DNA of 64,000 bases from Camelus ferus (taxonomy: Eukaryota). Positions 1-12,618 of the stretch are shown here, one piece after another. The translations under genes were made by a program, and so were the position numbers. Numbering within the stretch: the first letter of the stretch is position 1; each line of letters opens with the position of its first letter. The notes beneath the pieces are model-generated. The model was not told the origin of the DNA. It ran no database searches and saw only the letters and a list, made by a program, of their open reading frames with translations. Location of the stretch: assembly GCF_009834535.1 (NCBI RefSeq), contig NC_045696.1:91080001-91144000 (forward strand), given 5' to 3'.

Positions 1-216
1 GTAGGCATGGGTGAGCTGTCCAGTCCACTGGAGTGTTTTGCTCTGAGAGAATCATCTGCTCCATAATGGAGATTTTGTTACTGAAAAGACCTCGAAGCAC
101 ACATAACTCAGTGGTTTCTTTTAGCATTTCATTTCCTTCAGAAATAATGATGCCTTCAGTACAACCAGGGTTTCCATTGAAAGAACATGTATTGCTTAGG
201 ACTTGACCCTTTAAAC

Positions 217-429
217 CAGGGGTCAGCAAATTATGGCCTGTGGACCAAACCTGGGCAGCCCCTGCTTTGTACTGCCCTCCGGCTTAGAATGGTTTTTACA
301 TTTTTAAATGATGCTGCTTTAAATTGTTAGACAGATTGCCTACATAATATTATTAATTTTGCCTCTTCACCCAGAAAACCTGAAATATTTACTTTCTGGG
401 CCTGTACAGGAAAAGTTGACCACCCCCTG
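217..429. mobile_element. MER58-like hAT-Charlie DNA transposon relic
   Basis: Starts CAGGGGTCAGCAAA and ends TTGACCACCCCCTG (terminal inverted repeat-like). Internal 'agaatggtttttacatttttaaatg' is typical of MER58. Flanked by imperfect 8-mers ctttaaac/ctctaaaa. Confidence 0.7.
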
Positions 430-494
430 CTCTAAAACCCCTGACTTTATTATTATATTTTTATTTATTTATTTATTTATTTTGCTCTCTTTGG

Positions 495-1000
495 TTATTT
501 ATTTTTCCATATGAACTTTATTCAACCCACATCCCTCCCAAATCCAATAGGATTCAAATTGTACTTTTTTTAATGTTATATATTAATTCTTGGATGATTG
601 ACAATTTATAATATTGAATCTTCTCCTTTTCTCCTTTGTTCAGACTTTGTTTTATGCCCTTTGATAAGATTTTATAATTTTCTTCACATGGCCTGAACAA
701 TATTTCTTAGGGATTTTTTTTTTTTACTATCTTATAGACATCCCTATTATGAATTAAACAGTTCCCCAATATCCATTTTTAGCTATTTAATACCAGCATA
801 GAAAAATTGTCATGTAGAAAATTGTTATGTATTTTGTGTGTTTATTTTGTATATAATTCTTTGATTAATTCTCATTTTTTTTTGTCTCGAAGTATCCTAA
901 ATTTTACACATACAGAATCTTGTCACCAGCAAGAAAGATTTACTTTTACTCTTGAAATGTTTATACGAACTGTAAAACCCCTGATTCTAATGATTGTTAT
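495..1000 (-). mobile_element. Ancient L1 (L1M-type) ORF2 fragment
   Basis: T-rich degraded sequence resembling antisense L1 ORF2 ('ttccatatgaacttta', 'attgacaatttataatattgaatcttct'). Confidence 0.45.
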
Positions 1001-2119
1001 CTGAAACAGGTGTTAACAATAATAGCCCACAAAAACCTGTAACAGCATAAATGCAGTTAACTATTTTAGATCAAAGTTCACAAGGAAGAAGCCATGGCTA
1101 TTGTATTTATTTTGCCCTGAGAAGGTGCAGTGCATTGAGACAGGGTAAACCCCTCAAGGTAATCATGTGACACTGGGAAGTTGTGGTGAGACACTGGGCT
1201 GGGGAAGCAGGAGCCCTGGGCTGTCATCTTCTTAGATCTGCTGTGTGACCTGGGTAAGCCCTTTTAGTTCTTTGAGCCTTGGGCTGCTCATGTTTTACAT
1301 CCTGCAGTCTTATTTGGAGAGCCGAGACTCCATATCCCCACCCCACCCCTCTCAATAAATACTGTTTCCCTTGGCTTCCTTCCTTCCCCCACCCTATCCC
1401 AGGCCCTTAGTTCTGAAGATACAATTTTTGGGGTGTCCTCCTGGGATAAACTTGATTAAATTTGAAGAAAACAGTCATATCATAGCAATATGCTGTTTCA
1501 CATGGTTTTTCGTCATTTCTTGGAGCGGCTTCTGGGTTTAGATTCCTGCCTCTTCTTCGGGCTAATACATTATGGATGAGGTACAGCTGTGACCAATAAA
1601 GAGCCTTCTTGTAGAGTGAAAACAGGTCCCCTCGGTGTAGCCCAAAGGCCTGGACAAGACAGAGAAGGGGGCTGACACCTTCTGGCTCATCTCTCTGATG
1701 GGCCTCTCAAAAATGTGCCCCTTTTTGTTTGGTTCTTGCTTTACCTTTCCTCCCATTCTGTCAGCCCCTCAATCCTCCGCCCTCTAAGCCTTCATACTGA
1801 CACACATGTAAAAGCAATGTGAAAAGATGTTAAACAATATCAGTGTTTATTCCTGCAGATGAATAGTCAGGAAGCCCTGAGATGCCCACCTAGCAGCAAA
1901 CTTTGTTCTAAATTCTAAGTGTTTCAAGTCTTTGTGCACGTGGAAGGGCTGATGCTCTGATGAAGCCATATTGCGTGACTTCAGGGGACAATTTACATGT
2001 GGGCAATGAAAATGGCGCCCCTTGGAACTGTGTGATGCAGCTGGTCCTAAATTCTGTATGGTTTGAGTTGATTGTAGTTTTGATCATTTGAGAGAGAAAA
2101 TTAAGAGAAGACATACTAG

Positions 2120-2500
2120 TCACTCAATAAATATTTATAAAGTTCCTACTATGATGTGCTCCAAGGGATGATTAAGACAGTTCCTGACTCCAGGATGTTT
2201 TAGGCGAAGGATGGGGTGAAATACACAACAAAGCATGTGGAAGCATATGCCCAGTGTAGGAGGCAAACACATGAAGCCCTCTGGGTGCTAAGGGTGGGAA
2301 GGTATTGCTTTTAGCAAGGGAGACATTGGCAATTTCACAGAGAAGATGGAATTTGAGCTGAGCCTTGGGAGGTGGTAGAGTTTCACCAGGTAGTGAGGGG
2401 AAGTAGGAGGGAGGGCAGGAGCAAAGGCATGGTAAGCAGGTGGGGAAATGCAGAGTGTTGGGGTGAGGGGCTCCGTTTGTTTGAGGTGTGGCTTCCCATA
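2120..2500 (-). mobile_element. L2 fragment
   Basis: 'cactcaataaatatttat' L2 3' end, followed by purine-rich 'gaatttgagctgagccttgggagg...aggagcaaaggcatgg'. Confidence 0.55.
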
Positions 2501-3398
2501 GGAAAAGGGCACGATATTTAGTTGGGGGAACTGCTTGAAGCACCACATTTGACCTCACCTGCATGGCCGTTACCTCTAGAGTTACTCTTTCTTTCTCATC
2601 ATCAGAAAAAAGGAAAGGAAGCTTGGGTGATTATCTGTGACACTTCATTTCAGAATAAAGGGCTGCAATCATTCAAGGAGTTGTCTCAGAAGTGATAGAT
2701 TTTCCATCCCTATTTGAATAGCACTAGTATCTCATTTCTGGTTACAAAACGATCACACACATCCAACAATCTTCTTTGCCATCTTCCCATCCTGGCAGAA
2801 AAAATACACCCACACCCCATCGTCTATCTAGAAATATCCACATGGTTAATATTCTTCCAGTGCAGGGCTATCACCTGTCTGATTGTCGCTTCACTTTGAG
2901 ATAGCCCAGAAATTTCTTTTACTCTCAGTAAGCAAAGACCTGATCAATCTAATCTGGCCAACATCAACCTGAAAAACATATGCTGCTTTATAGGAAAAAC
3001 ACATGTGTATGAAACCGCCTGATCCCTCACCTTCTTCATCATTCACAGCTCTTCCTGTAGGTGAAGCAGAGATTTTGCATGCTTCAGAAGGTTGAATATG
3101 TTATTCTACCCAGGGAAATTACTGCTCATCCAGAAAAAGGGCCTATTTATACTGAACCAGGGAAAAGCAAACACTGAGGCCATTTATTTGCTAACTGTGA
3201 GCCCCTTGGGCAGAATGAACTTGAAGATTTAAAATTCTGTGTGGAATGACTTGTCAAGTTTCAAACTTGCACCATCAATTTCTGCATTGGTCTCTTATTG
3301 CTGATACATAGTTTTCTTGAATGTTCTGCATCAAAATGCCATAGACCTACTCAGTGCTCCCCAGCAGAGTAGAGTGTGCTCTCAGATTGTAATCATGT

Positions 3399-3782
3399 TG
3401 TATTAGTCAGCTCAGGCTGCCATAACAAAATACCAAAGACTGGGTAGCTTAAACAGCAGACGTTTATTTCTCATAGTTCTGGAGGCTGGTAAGCCCAAGA
3501 GCAATGTGCCCACCAGTTTGGCTCCTGGTGAGAGCTTCCTTCCTCACCTGCAGACAGCTCACTTCTTGCTGTGAACGCACATGGCCTTTCCTTTTGTAAG
3601 TGTGTAGGGAGAGAGGGAAAGAGCTCTTCCTCTTCTTATAAGGCCACTGTGAGGGCCCCACCCTCATGACCTAACCTAACCTGATTACCTCCCAAAGGCC
3701 CCATCTCCAAAGACCATTACACTGGGGATTAGGGCTTCGACATTTGAATTTTAGGGGGACCCAAACATTCAGTCCATAACAC
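3399..3782 (-). mobile_element. MLT1A-like MaLR solo LTR
   Basis: Begins 'tgtattagtcagctcaggctgccataacaaaatacc' and ends 'aaacattcagtccataaca'. About 380 bp. Confidence 0.8.
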
Positions 3783-3959
3783 ATGGCATAGAGACAGTGG
3801 CTTCCTAAGAGGCATTGATTGTGGGGAGATGAGGCCAGGCCCAAGTCTCAGAATATCTCATTATTTCCTGTGTCCTATCATGAATGAGCACTAGTGTGTC
3901 ATGAATTGAAAAAATGAGTAAAATGTCTGAAAACTCAATACCACAATAGTGTTGACACT

Positions 3960-4190
3960 TGCTAAAAATTATAAAGCTAAGACATACCACAGACTATGCC
4001 AAGTACTGTGCTAGTCTCTTTGATATGTATCATTTTCATCCTTACAAGAAGATGTGAAAGTGATTTTTATCTCTTCCATCTTAAGAAGAAGGAACTGAGG
4101 CTCTGAGAGGTTAAGAAAATGGCCCAAGGTCACATTTCCAGGAAAATCTGTTTGACATTAAATCTCATGTTCTTTTTCTATGCCATATAG
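3960..4190 (-). mobile_element. MIR SINE fragment
   Basis: MIR core 'gaaggaactgaggctctgagaggttaag...cccaaggtcaca'. Confidence 0.6.
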
Positions 4191-5191
4191 CCTAAGAGGA
4201 AAAATAACATCCTCTCTGAAATTTATTTGTGATATGTAATTGGTAGACTTATACATAGCTGTTTTTTGGAATAAAACTGATAGTTTTAGGTCAGTAAAAA
4301 CATCCAGAACCTTCTTGTAACAAAGGAAGTAAAAACGTTACATGCCAGGGAGGACTGTGCAAGTGGAATAAGGACGGTTGGAAAATGTTTGCTAGAGAAT
4401 ACAGACTGAAGTAACATCAGTGTGATCCACTGGAAGCAGTGCAGCACGCAGCAGGCCACGTGCAGCTATGCTGGTGGTGCACTGCCCAGTGCTGAGGGCT
4501 GCCACTGAATGCTGCATTCCACACAAATGGTACATGGTGGAGATGAGCAGGCCACTACCTGTGGGGTCATGCTCAGTGGTCCTGGGGAGTCCAGAATTCT
4601 GGCTGAGGCTTGGCCACTGCAGCAGCAATAAGCTGGGCAACTCATTTCTCTTCTACTTTTGGTATTTCTATTGTAAAATAACTGTGAATATTGGCTTTTA
4701 AAACTCTGTTTTTAACTTGTACTAGACAATAAATAGCTTTTGGGGGGAAAATGGGGACAAACACGGCTAATTATCTTTTATGGGTTTAGAGTGTAATAGA
4801 TAGGAGGCTAAACATTGCTTTTGAATCATTTTGGGGGATTTTTCCTTTATAAATGTAAAATTGTCTTTTTGTTACTCACATCTTTTTAAACACTATCTAT
4901 CTGTAATACCAAATGAGACTTTTTTCATGTTTAGTTTTTAGTATTTGATTTTTATTTTAAATAAATAACAGAGCTGAAGTGATTTCCTATATTATATAAG
5001 GAGACCTTTCCTCGAGTTAAGTTAGCAGTAATGGGGAAGTAGGAGATGTGTACCTTAGTTTTTGTCGCAGCACTCGGAAACACACATTAAAATTTTTTTA
5101 TTTATAATTTTTTGATAGTCAAAAAATGTTTATTTTATTTTTTAAATTTTTTTCTGGGTTACCCTTTCTGTAGTTGCTATCTGTGCTCAGC

Positions 5192-5561
5192 TTTTTTTTT
5201 TTTTTTAATTGAAATGTAGTTGATTTACGATGTTAGTTTCAGGTGTACAGCAAGGCCATTCAGTTATACCTATATATATATTTTTAGATTCTTTTCTATT
5301 ATGTTATTACAATAAATTGAATGTATTTCCCTATGCTATGCAGTAGGTCCTTGTTGTTTATCTATTTTATATATAGTAATGTGTATCTGTTAAACCCAAA
5401 CTCCTAATTTATCCCTCCTCTTCCCTTTCCCCCTTGGTAACCATAGTTTATTTTCTATGTCTGTGAGTCTATTTTTGGTTAATAAATAAGATTGCATCAT
5501 TCTTTTTTAGATTCCACATATAAGTGATATCATATGATCTTTGTCTTTTTCTGACTGACTT
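5192..5561 (-). mobile_element. 5'-truncated L1 (3' UTR only)
   Basis: Poly(T), then 'aattgaaatgtagttgatttac...ttagattccacatataagtgatatcatatg'. Homologous to the other L1 3' ends in this window. Confidence 0.85.
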
Positions 5562-7899
5562 ATTATGCATTTATTTTTAAATGAGTGAAATAATGATGGG
5601 AGGAAGAGTATGTTGATATCTAGGATAAAGATGTGATTAAGAAACAAGATTACTTTTCTAAAGTGTTGAGAATAATTTAAGCCTTTTTTTGGATTATATA
5701 TTTAGATAACATGAAATAAGATATAGTACTGAGATTTGAAAACAGATCCTAAAATGTTCTTAAAGGTAGAAATAATCTATTCAGGCTATAAATTAAATGA
5801 TCAATAATGACCATAAGGCAGGATGCAATAAATATTTCTTCTGTTTTTGTAAATTATTTTTCTATCAATAGAGAATCTTTCATGAAAAATAAAAAGACCT
5901 AGAGCAAAACTAATTATGATGTTTACATCTTAGCTTGAAATTGACTTGATAATTTTTTATTCCTTCTGTCCATCAGGAAGAAAAGATTAATAATTACACG
6001 GTTTGTAACATTTTTTATGATTATCAATTAAATCTGACACATTTGAGGAGGCTTGATTTTATAAAGTTCATGGCTGGAAGAGAGGTTTTCACAGTTTTCC
6101 TGTAAATATTCCATTTTTCTGAATCTTTTGACTTGGGAATTTTTGTCCTTGAAATTCTAGGTTATTAGTTTAATTGATGTAGTCCTTGGGGACCAATTTA
6201 TCTTACCTTTGTAATCAAATCACTGAGGTTTAAGCAGATGCTAAGCAGAAATCCAAGAGAGGGTGTCTAGCTCAGGAGGAGAACCCTTTGTCCTTGGTGA
6301 CTCTCTTCAGGTACCTTCCTCCCCCACCGCAGCTGCTCTGGGGCAAGGCATGCCAGCACTCCATGCTAGAGGTGGCCACCATAAACGCTTACGTTTTGAT
6401 CTAAGCTCAGTTTCTATTTTTCTTTGTTCTTTGAAGTGCTAATTAACTATAAAAATCTTAAGATGTCAGTGGTCGCTATGTGTGGACAAAGGCAGAAAGT
6501 GATAGTCTGATTCAGTTGGTATCTTCATGCCAAAAATGCAAACCAGAAGTTGATGATGTAACTAAACAAAAGTGATGCATGCAAGGCCGCAGTTTCTACT
6601 GAGAGCTCGATTTGAAATGAAGCCAAAGAAACCTCTAAGGAGACTTTCTTCCATTTTCTGATCTTTTCATATTGTGAACAATAAAGGCATCTAACCTTGT
6701 CAGGTTTTAAGGAAGGCTGTTCAATTTATCTTCATGTAAGTACATTGCAATGAGATCAGAAAACACTGAAAATCTAAAGTTGCTAAAATGATGGGTAAAC
6801 ATTTAGTATGTTTTGAACAAATTTTAAAGTGCATTTTCTGGAGACTTTTGACAAAGGAGTATCCAGATTTTGTTTTTCTGAGACAAGCACAGGTAAAGGT
6901 GAGCAATCATTGTGATTTAGAACCTCTGTTAGCAGTTGATGATTCTTTATGATGCTTGGAAACACTTAAAATGGCTAGTTTCAGTCTTTATTACAGTGTC
7001 TTATATGTCTACTGTTTTCAGAGTAGCTGCAAAATAGTATTTTCCATGAATAACTGTGATTTAGCAGTAATTGGATGCCCAACATATAAAGAGAATGATA
7101 CACAAACACATACAACATCTGCTGTTATGATCACTAGCCTTTGAAGGCACTTGCTGACTTGTTCCATCATATATGTACCAATAAGAACTAATTTCTCAGT
7201 CAGTATATTCTTTACTTTGGGGAAATCTCAGAAATAATAACCACTTTAGGAATATTTCTATCAAGGCCATAGGAAAAAAGAGAGTATATTGGGAGAATAA
7301 TGCAAACATATTAAAAAACAAAAAGTAGATAGCAAATGTGACTGTAGGAACTGCAGCCTGTTACAAAGTTGTGACAGGAGCGGCAGCTGCGTCACAACAT
7401 GAAGCAAGGTGTTCTTTACCTGAATGATACTGTTTGACCTTGTTCTTTTCTTAATATTGTTCCTCTACTCATGGGAGTCTCTTCAGTGAGAGAACTAAAG
7501 TCAAGAGAAAAATAAAACATGACCTAATGATAACCACTAAAGGAACCTTGGCTGATTCTATGAAAAGACAAGAGCTTTGATTCCCTAAAGAACATGGGAG
7601 AGAACTTAGAGATTATGTATGCCAACACCTTGATTTTATAGATGAAATTGAGGTTTATTCACTCTTCATTCCTTCTGGTGGGAAACAAACAATGAAACAC
7701 ATAAACAGTTAATCACATTGTGATACGTACTGGAAAGAAAATTTATCAGGATGAGAATGACTAGGGGCTAGCTCTAGGTTGGATGATCAGGGAAGGCTTC
7801 CTGAGGTGGTAACATTTGTGCTAAGACCTGAATAATGAGCAGGAGCCAGCCACCCAGCATTCCTGCTAGAAGGAGCAGCTAACGCAAAGCTCCAAGGTG

Positions 7900-7937
7900 T
7901 CGTTTCAGACATGTTGCAAAAAAAAAAAAAAAAGAAA
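7900..7937 (+). mobile_element. Micro retro-insertion: 18 nt unique sequence plus poly(A), with a 14-bp TSD
   Basis: aaagctccaaggtg at 7886-7899 and 7938-7951 flanks tcgtttcagacatgttgc + A-tract. It sits inside an L2 relic. Confidence 0.85.
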
Positions 7938-10900
7938 AAAGCTCCAAGGTGGGAATGAGCTCAGCAAACCTCAGTAACAGAAAGAAGGCCAGATGTTTGG
8001 AGCCTGGTGAGCAAGTGGGAGGGGAAAGGATGAAATCAGAGTGATTGGCCATAGCAAGATGACGAACACCTTGTCAGCTGTGGTCACACGTATAGATTAA
8101 GAGACTCAAATTCAGAAGAGCTGAGTGTAACGAGTTTTAAGCAAAGGAGTAAGACTGTGACATCCCTAAGCAGAATCACATGGTTTGGAATATTTATTCA
8201 AATAGCATTTATTGAGTGTCTTTTTGATGCACAGTGCAGTGCCACATGCTGTGTGCTGAGGAGTTACAGAAAAAAATTTCAGACACTTCCTTTTAGAAGC
8301 CCACAACTTGGAGAGAATATAAGACACACAAATGAAATAAATGATTGATGTCACGCTTACATAAGAAAACATGAAACGATGTGAATCAATGCGAAGGTAC
8401 ACTGAGTTAAGAATTAAAAGACCTGATTAAATCTGCTTCTTGGAGCCTTGATTTTATCTTCTGAAAAAAGAGAAATAATAATGCCTGTCTTGCCTATTTT
8501 ATTGGGGCTTTTGGTAGATTAGAAGAGATCATTTTTCCAAAAGTACTTTGGGAAGACACCTTCAAAATCATCAGATGTTATATTATTGTGGTGAGAGTAT
8601 ATGATATTGGTGCTCGCATTGGATGAGGGACTAGATTATGGAGAATTTAAAATCTAGATTAAGAATTTATTTTATTTTGAGGGCAACAGAGAGTTCATCA
8701 GAGGTTTTTTTTTTTCAAATTTTTGAAATTAAAGTATAGTAGATTTACAGTGTTGTGTTATAGTTTCAGATGTACAAAAGTGATTCAGTTATACATATAT
8801 GTACATATGTATGTATAAATATATATTCTTTTTTGGTAGGTCCTTGTTTTTTATCTATTTAATATATAGTATTGTGTATATGTTAATCCCAAACTCCCAA
8901 TTTATCCCTTCTCACCCTCTTTTCCCCCTCATAACCATAGGTTTGTTTTCTATATCTGTGAGTATGTTTCTGTTTTGTAAATGAGTTCATTTGTGTCTTT
9001 TTTTTAGATTCCATATAGAAGTGATATCATATGATATTTGTTTTTCTCTGTCTGACTTTCTTCCTTAGTATGGTAACTCTAGGTCTGTCCATGCAACTGG
9101 AAATGCATTATTTCATTCTTTTTTATGGCCGAGTAGTATTCCATTGTATGTACATATCACAGCTTCTTTATCCATTCATCTATCAATGGACGTTTAGGTT
9201 GCATCCACATCTTGTGGGTAGTGCTGTGAATAGCACTATCTACCTACTGTGAATAGTGCTGCTGTAAACACTGGAGTGCATGTGTCTTTTCGAGTTAGAG
9301 TTTTCTCCTGATAAATGCCTAGGGGTGGGATTGCTGGATCAGATGGTAAGTCTATTTTTAGCTTTTTAAAGGAAACTCCATATTGTTCTCAATAGTGGCT
9401 GCACTAATTTGTATTCTCGCCAGCAGTGTAGGAGTGTTCCCTTTTCTCCACACCCTCTCCAGCATTTCTTGTATGTAGACTTCTTGATGACAGCCATTCT
9501 AACTGGTGTGAGGTAATACCTCCTTGTAGTTTTGATTTGTGTTTTTCTAATAATTAGCAATGTAGAGCATCTTTTCATTACTTATTGGCCATCTGTATGT
9601 CTTCTTTGGAGAAATGTCTGTTTAGATCTTCTGCCCATTTTTTGATTGGATTTTATTTTGTATTAAACTGTATGGGCTGTTTGTATATTTTGGAAATTAA
9701 TCCCGTGTTGGTCACATCACTTGCAAATATTTTCTCCCATTCCATAGGTTGTCCTTCTGTTTTGTTTACGGTTTCCTTTACTGTGCAAAAGCTTTTAAGT
9801 TTAATTAGGTCCCAGTTGTTTATTTTTACTTTTGTTTCCATTACTCCAGGAGACAGATCCAAAAAAATTATTGCTGTGATATATGTCAAAGAGTGTCCTG
9901 CCTATGCTTTCCTCTAGGAGTTTCATAGTATCTGGTCTTACATTTAGGTCTTTAATCCATTTTGAGTTATTTTTGTATATGGTGCTAGAGAATGTTCTAA
10001 TATCAGTCTTTTACATGTAGCTGTTCAGTTTTCCCAGCACCACTTATTGAAGAGACTGTCTTTCCTCCATTGTATATTCTTGCATCCTTTGTCATAAATT
10101 AATTGACCATATGGGCATGGGTTTATTTCTGGACTTTTTATCCTGTTCCATTGATCTATGTGTTTGATTTTGGACCAGTACTATACTCTTGATTACTGTA
10201 GCTTTGTAGTATAGTCTGAAGTCAGGGGGTGTGATTCCTTCAGCTGTGTTCTTCTTTCTAGATATTATTTTGGTTATTTCAGGTTTTTTGTGTTTCCATA
10301 CAAATTTTAACATTTTTTGTTCCAGTTCTGTGAAAAAAATTCCATTGGTAATTTGATAGACATTGCATTGAATCTGTATATTGCCTTGGATAGTATGGCC
10401 ATTTTACTAATATTGATTCTTCTAATCCAAGAACATGGCATGTTTTTCTATCTGTGTCATCTTCAGTTTCTTTCATTAGCATTTTGCAGTTTTCAGAGTA
10501 TAGGTCTTTTGCCTCCTTAGGTAGGTTTTTTCTTAGATATTTTATTATTTTTGATGTGATGGTAAATGGGACTGTTTCCTTAATTCTTGTTCTGATATTT
10601 TGTTGTTAGTGTACAGAAATGCAACAAATTTCTGCATATTAATTTTGTATCCTGCAACTTTACTGAATTCATTGATGACCTTTAGTAGTTTTCAGATAGT
10701 GTCTTTAGAATTTTCTATGTGTAGTATTATTTCATCTGCAAATCAGTCACAGTTTTACTTCTTCTTTAACAATTTGGATTCCTTCTATTTCTTTTTCCAA
10801 ACTATGTTGAATAAAAGTGGCTAGAATGGGTGTCCTTGTCTTGTTCCTGATCTTAGAGGAAATGTTTTTGGTTTTTCACCATTGAATATGATATTAGTTG

Positions 10901-12618
10901 TGGGTTTGTCATATATGTGCTGAAAAATCAGCTGATAGTCTTATGGGAATTCCCTATATATTATTTGCTGTTTTTCATTTGTTGCTTTTATTATTCTCTC
11001 TTTATCTTTAATTTTTGTCATTTAATTACAATGTGTCTTGGTGTGTTCCTCTTAGGGTTAATCCTGTTTGGGACTCTGTGTGCTTTTTGGACTTGGGTGA
11101 CTATTTTCTTTCTCAGGTTAAGAAAGTCTTCAGCTGTTATCTCTTCAAATATTATTTTAGGCCCCTTCTCTCTCTCTTCTTCCTCTGGGACCCCTATAAC
11201 ACCAGTATTAGTGTACTTGATGTTGTCCCAAAACTCTCTTAAACTCATTTCTTTTTTTTTCTTTTTCTTTTTTCTGTTCAGAGATAGTGATTTCCACTAC
11301 TCTGTCTTCCAGCTCACTGATCTGTTATTATTCCTCATTAGTCTACTACTGATTCCTTTGAGTGTATTTTTCATTTAGTTATTGTATTCTTCAATTCTTT
11401 TTGGTTGTTCTTTATATTTTCTAACTCTTCATTAAAAACTACTAACTTCTCACTCTGTGCATCTATTCTCCTCCTGAGTTCTTTGATCATCTTTACAATC
11501 ATTGTTCTGAATTCTTTCTTGGGATAGATTGCCTATCTCCACATCACTCAGTTCTTTTGGGATTTTATCTTGTTCCTTTGTCTGGAATATATTCCTTTGC
11601 TCCCTCATTTTGTCTAATTTTCTATTTGTATTTTTATGTATGTGGTAGGCTAGTTAAATTTCTTGATCTTGGAGAACAGGCCCTTTGAGATGTCCTACGC
11701 ATCCCAGCAGTGCTCTTCCCTCTCATCATCCAGGGGTCAGGAGCCAGCTGGTCCCAGGTAGTGTCTGGCCTGCTTTGGGGACTCATTTCACAGTGATAAT
11801 GGTTTCCTTGCTTTTGGTGTCTACTTCCTGGTGGGTGAGGCTGGTCTAGAGGCTGGTGCAGGCTTCCTGGTGGGAGGGGCTGGTGCCTGCCCACCAGTGG
11901 AATAGAGCTGGGTCTTGGCTTTCTGGTGGGCAGGGCTGTGTTTAGGGGATGTCTAGAGGTGGCTGTGGGCTCAGGAAGTCTTTAGGCAACCTGTCTGTTG
12001 ATGGGTGTGAATATGTCCCCATCTAGTTAGTTGTTTGGTCTGAGGTGTCCCAAACTGGATTTTATAGGCTGTTGGGTGGGGCCAGGTCTTGTGCTAATGA
12101 CCCAAATAAGATGTCAGCCTCCAAGAGAGTTCATGCAGATAAATACTCCCCAGTATGTCCACCATCGTGTGTGTGTCCCCAGGGTAAGCCACAGCCACTC
12201 CCTGAGGGTCCCCAGGAGACCCTCCAAGGCCAGCAGGTAGATCTGGCCCAGGCTCCTACAAAATTACTGCTTTGGCTCTTGGTGCCAGTGAGCATGAGAT
12301 TTTTGCATGCATCTTTTAAGAGTGAAGTCTCTATTTCCCCCAGTCTTATTGAGCTCCTGCAATTAAGCCCCAGTGGCCTTAAAATCCAAATACTTTGGGG
12401 GCTCATCTTCCCAGTGCCAGGCTCTAAGGCTGGAGCCTGACATGGGGATCAGAACTCTCAGTCCTGTGGGAGAACCTCTCCAATATAGTTATTTTCCAGT
12501 TTGGGGGTCACCCACCCAGGGAGGATTTGATTATCATGAGTCTGACCCTCCTACCTGTCTCATTGCGGTTCCTTTATGTCTTTAATAATGGAAGATTTTT
12601 TTCTGGTAGATTCCAGTC

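Noticed and set aside
4390..4740. GC-richer stretch with short ORFs on both strands and a downstream AATAAA
   Set aside because: No recognisable protein, poly(A) or TSD. Possibly an old LTR, but I cannot support a call.
6206..6270. Possible 60-nt minus-strand exon (AG...GTAAG, open frame)
   Set aside because: Weak acceptor, unrecognised peptide and no partner exons.
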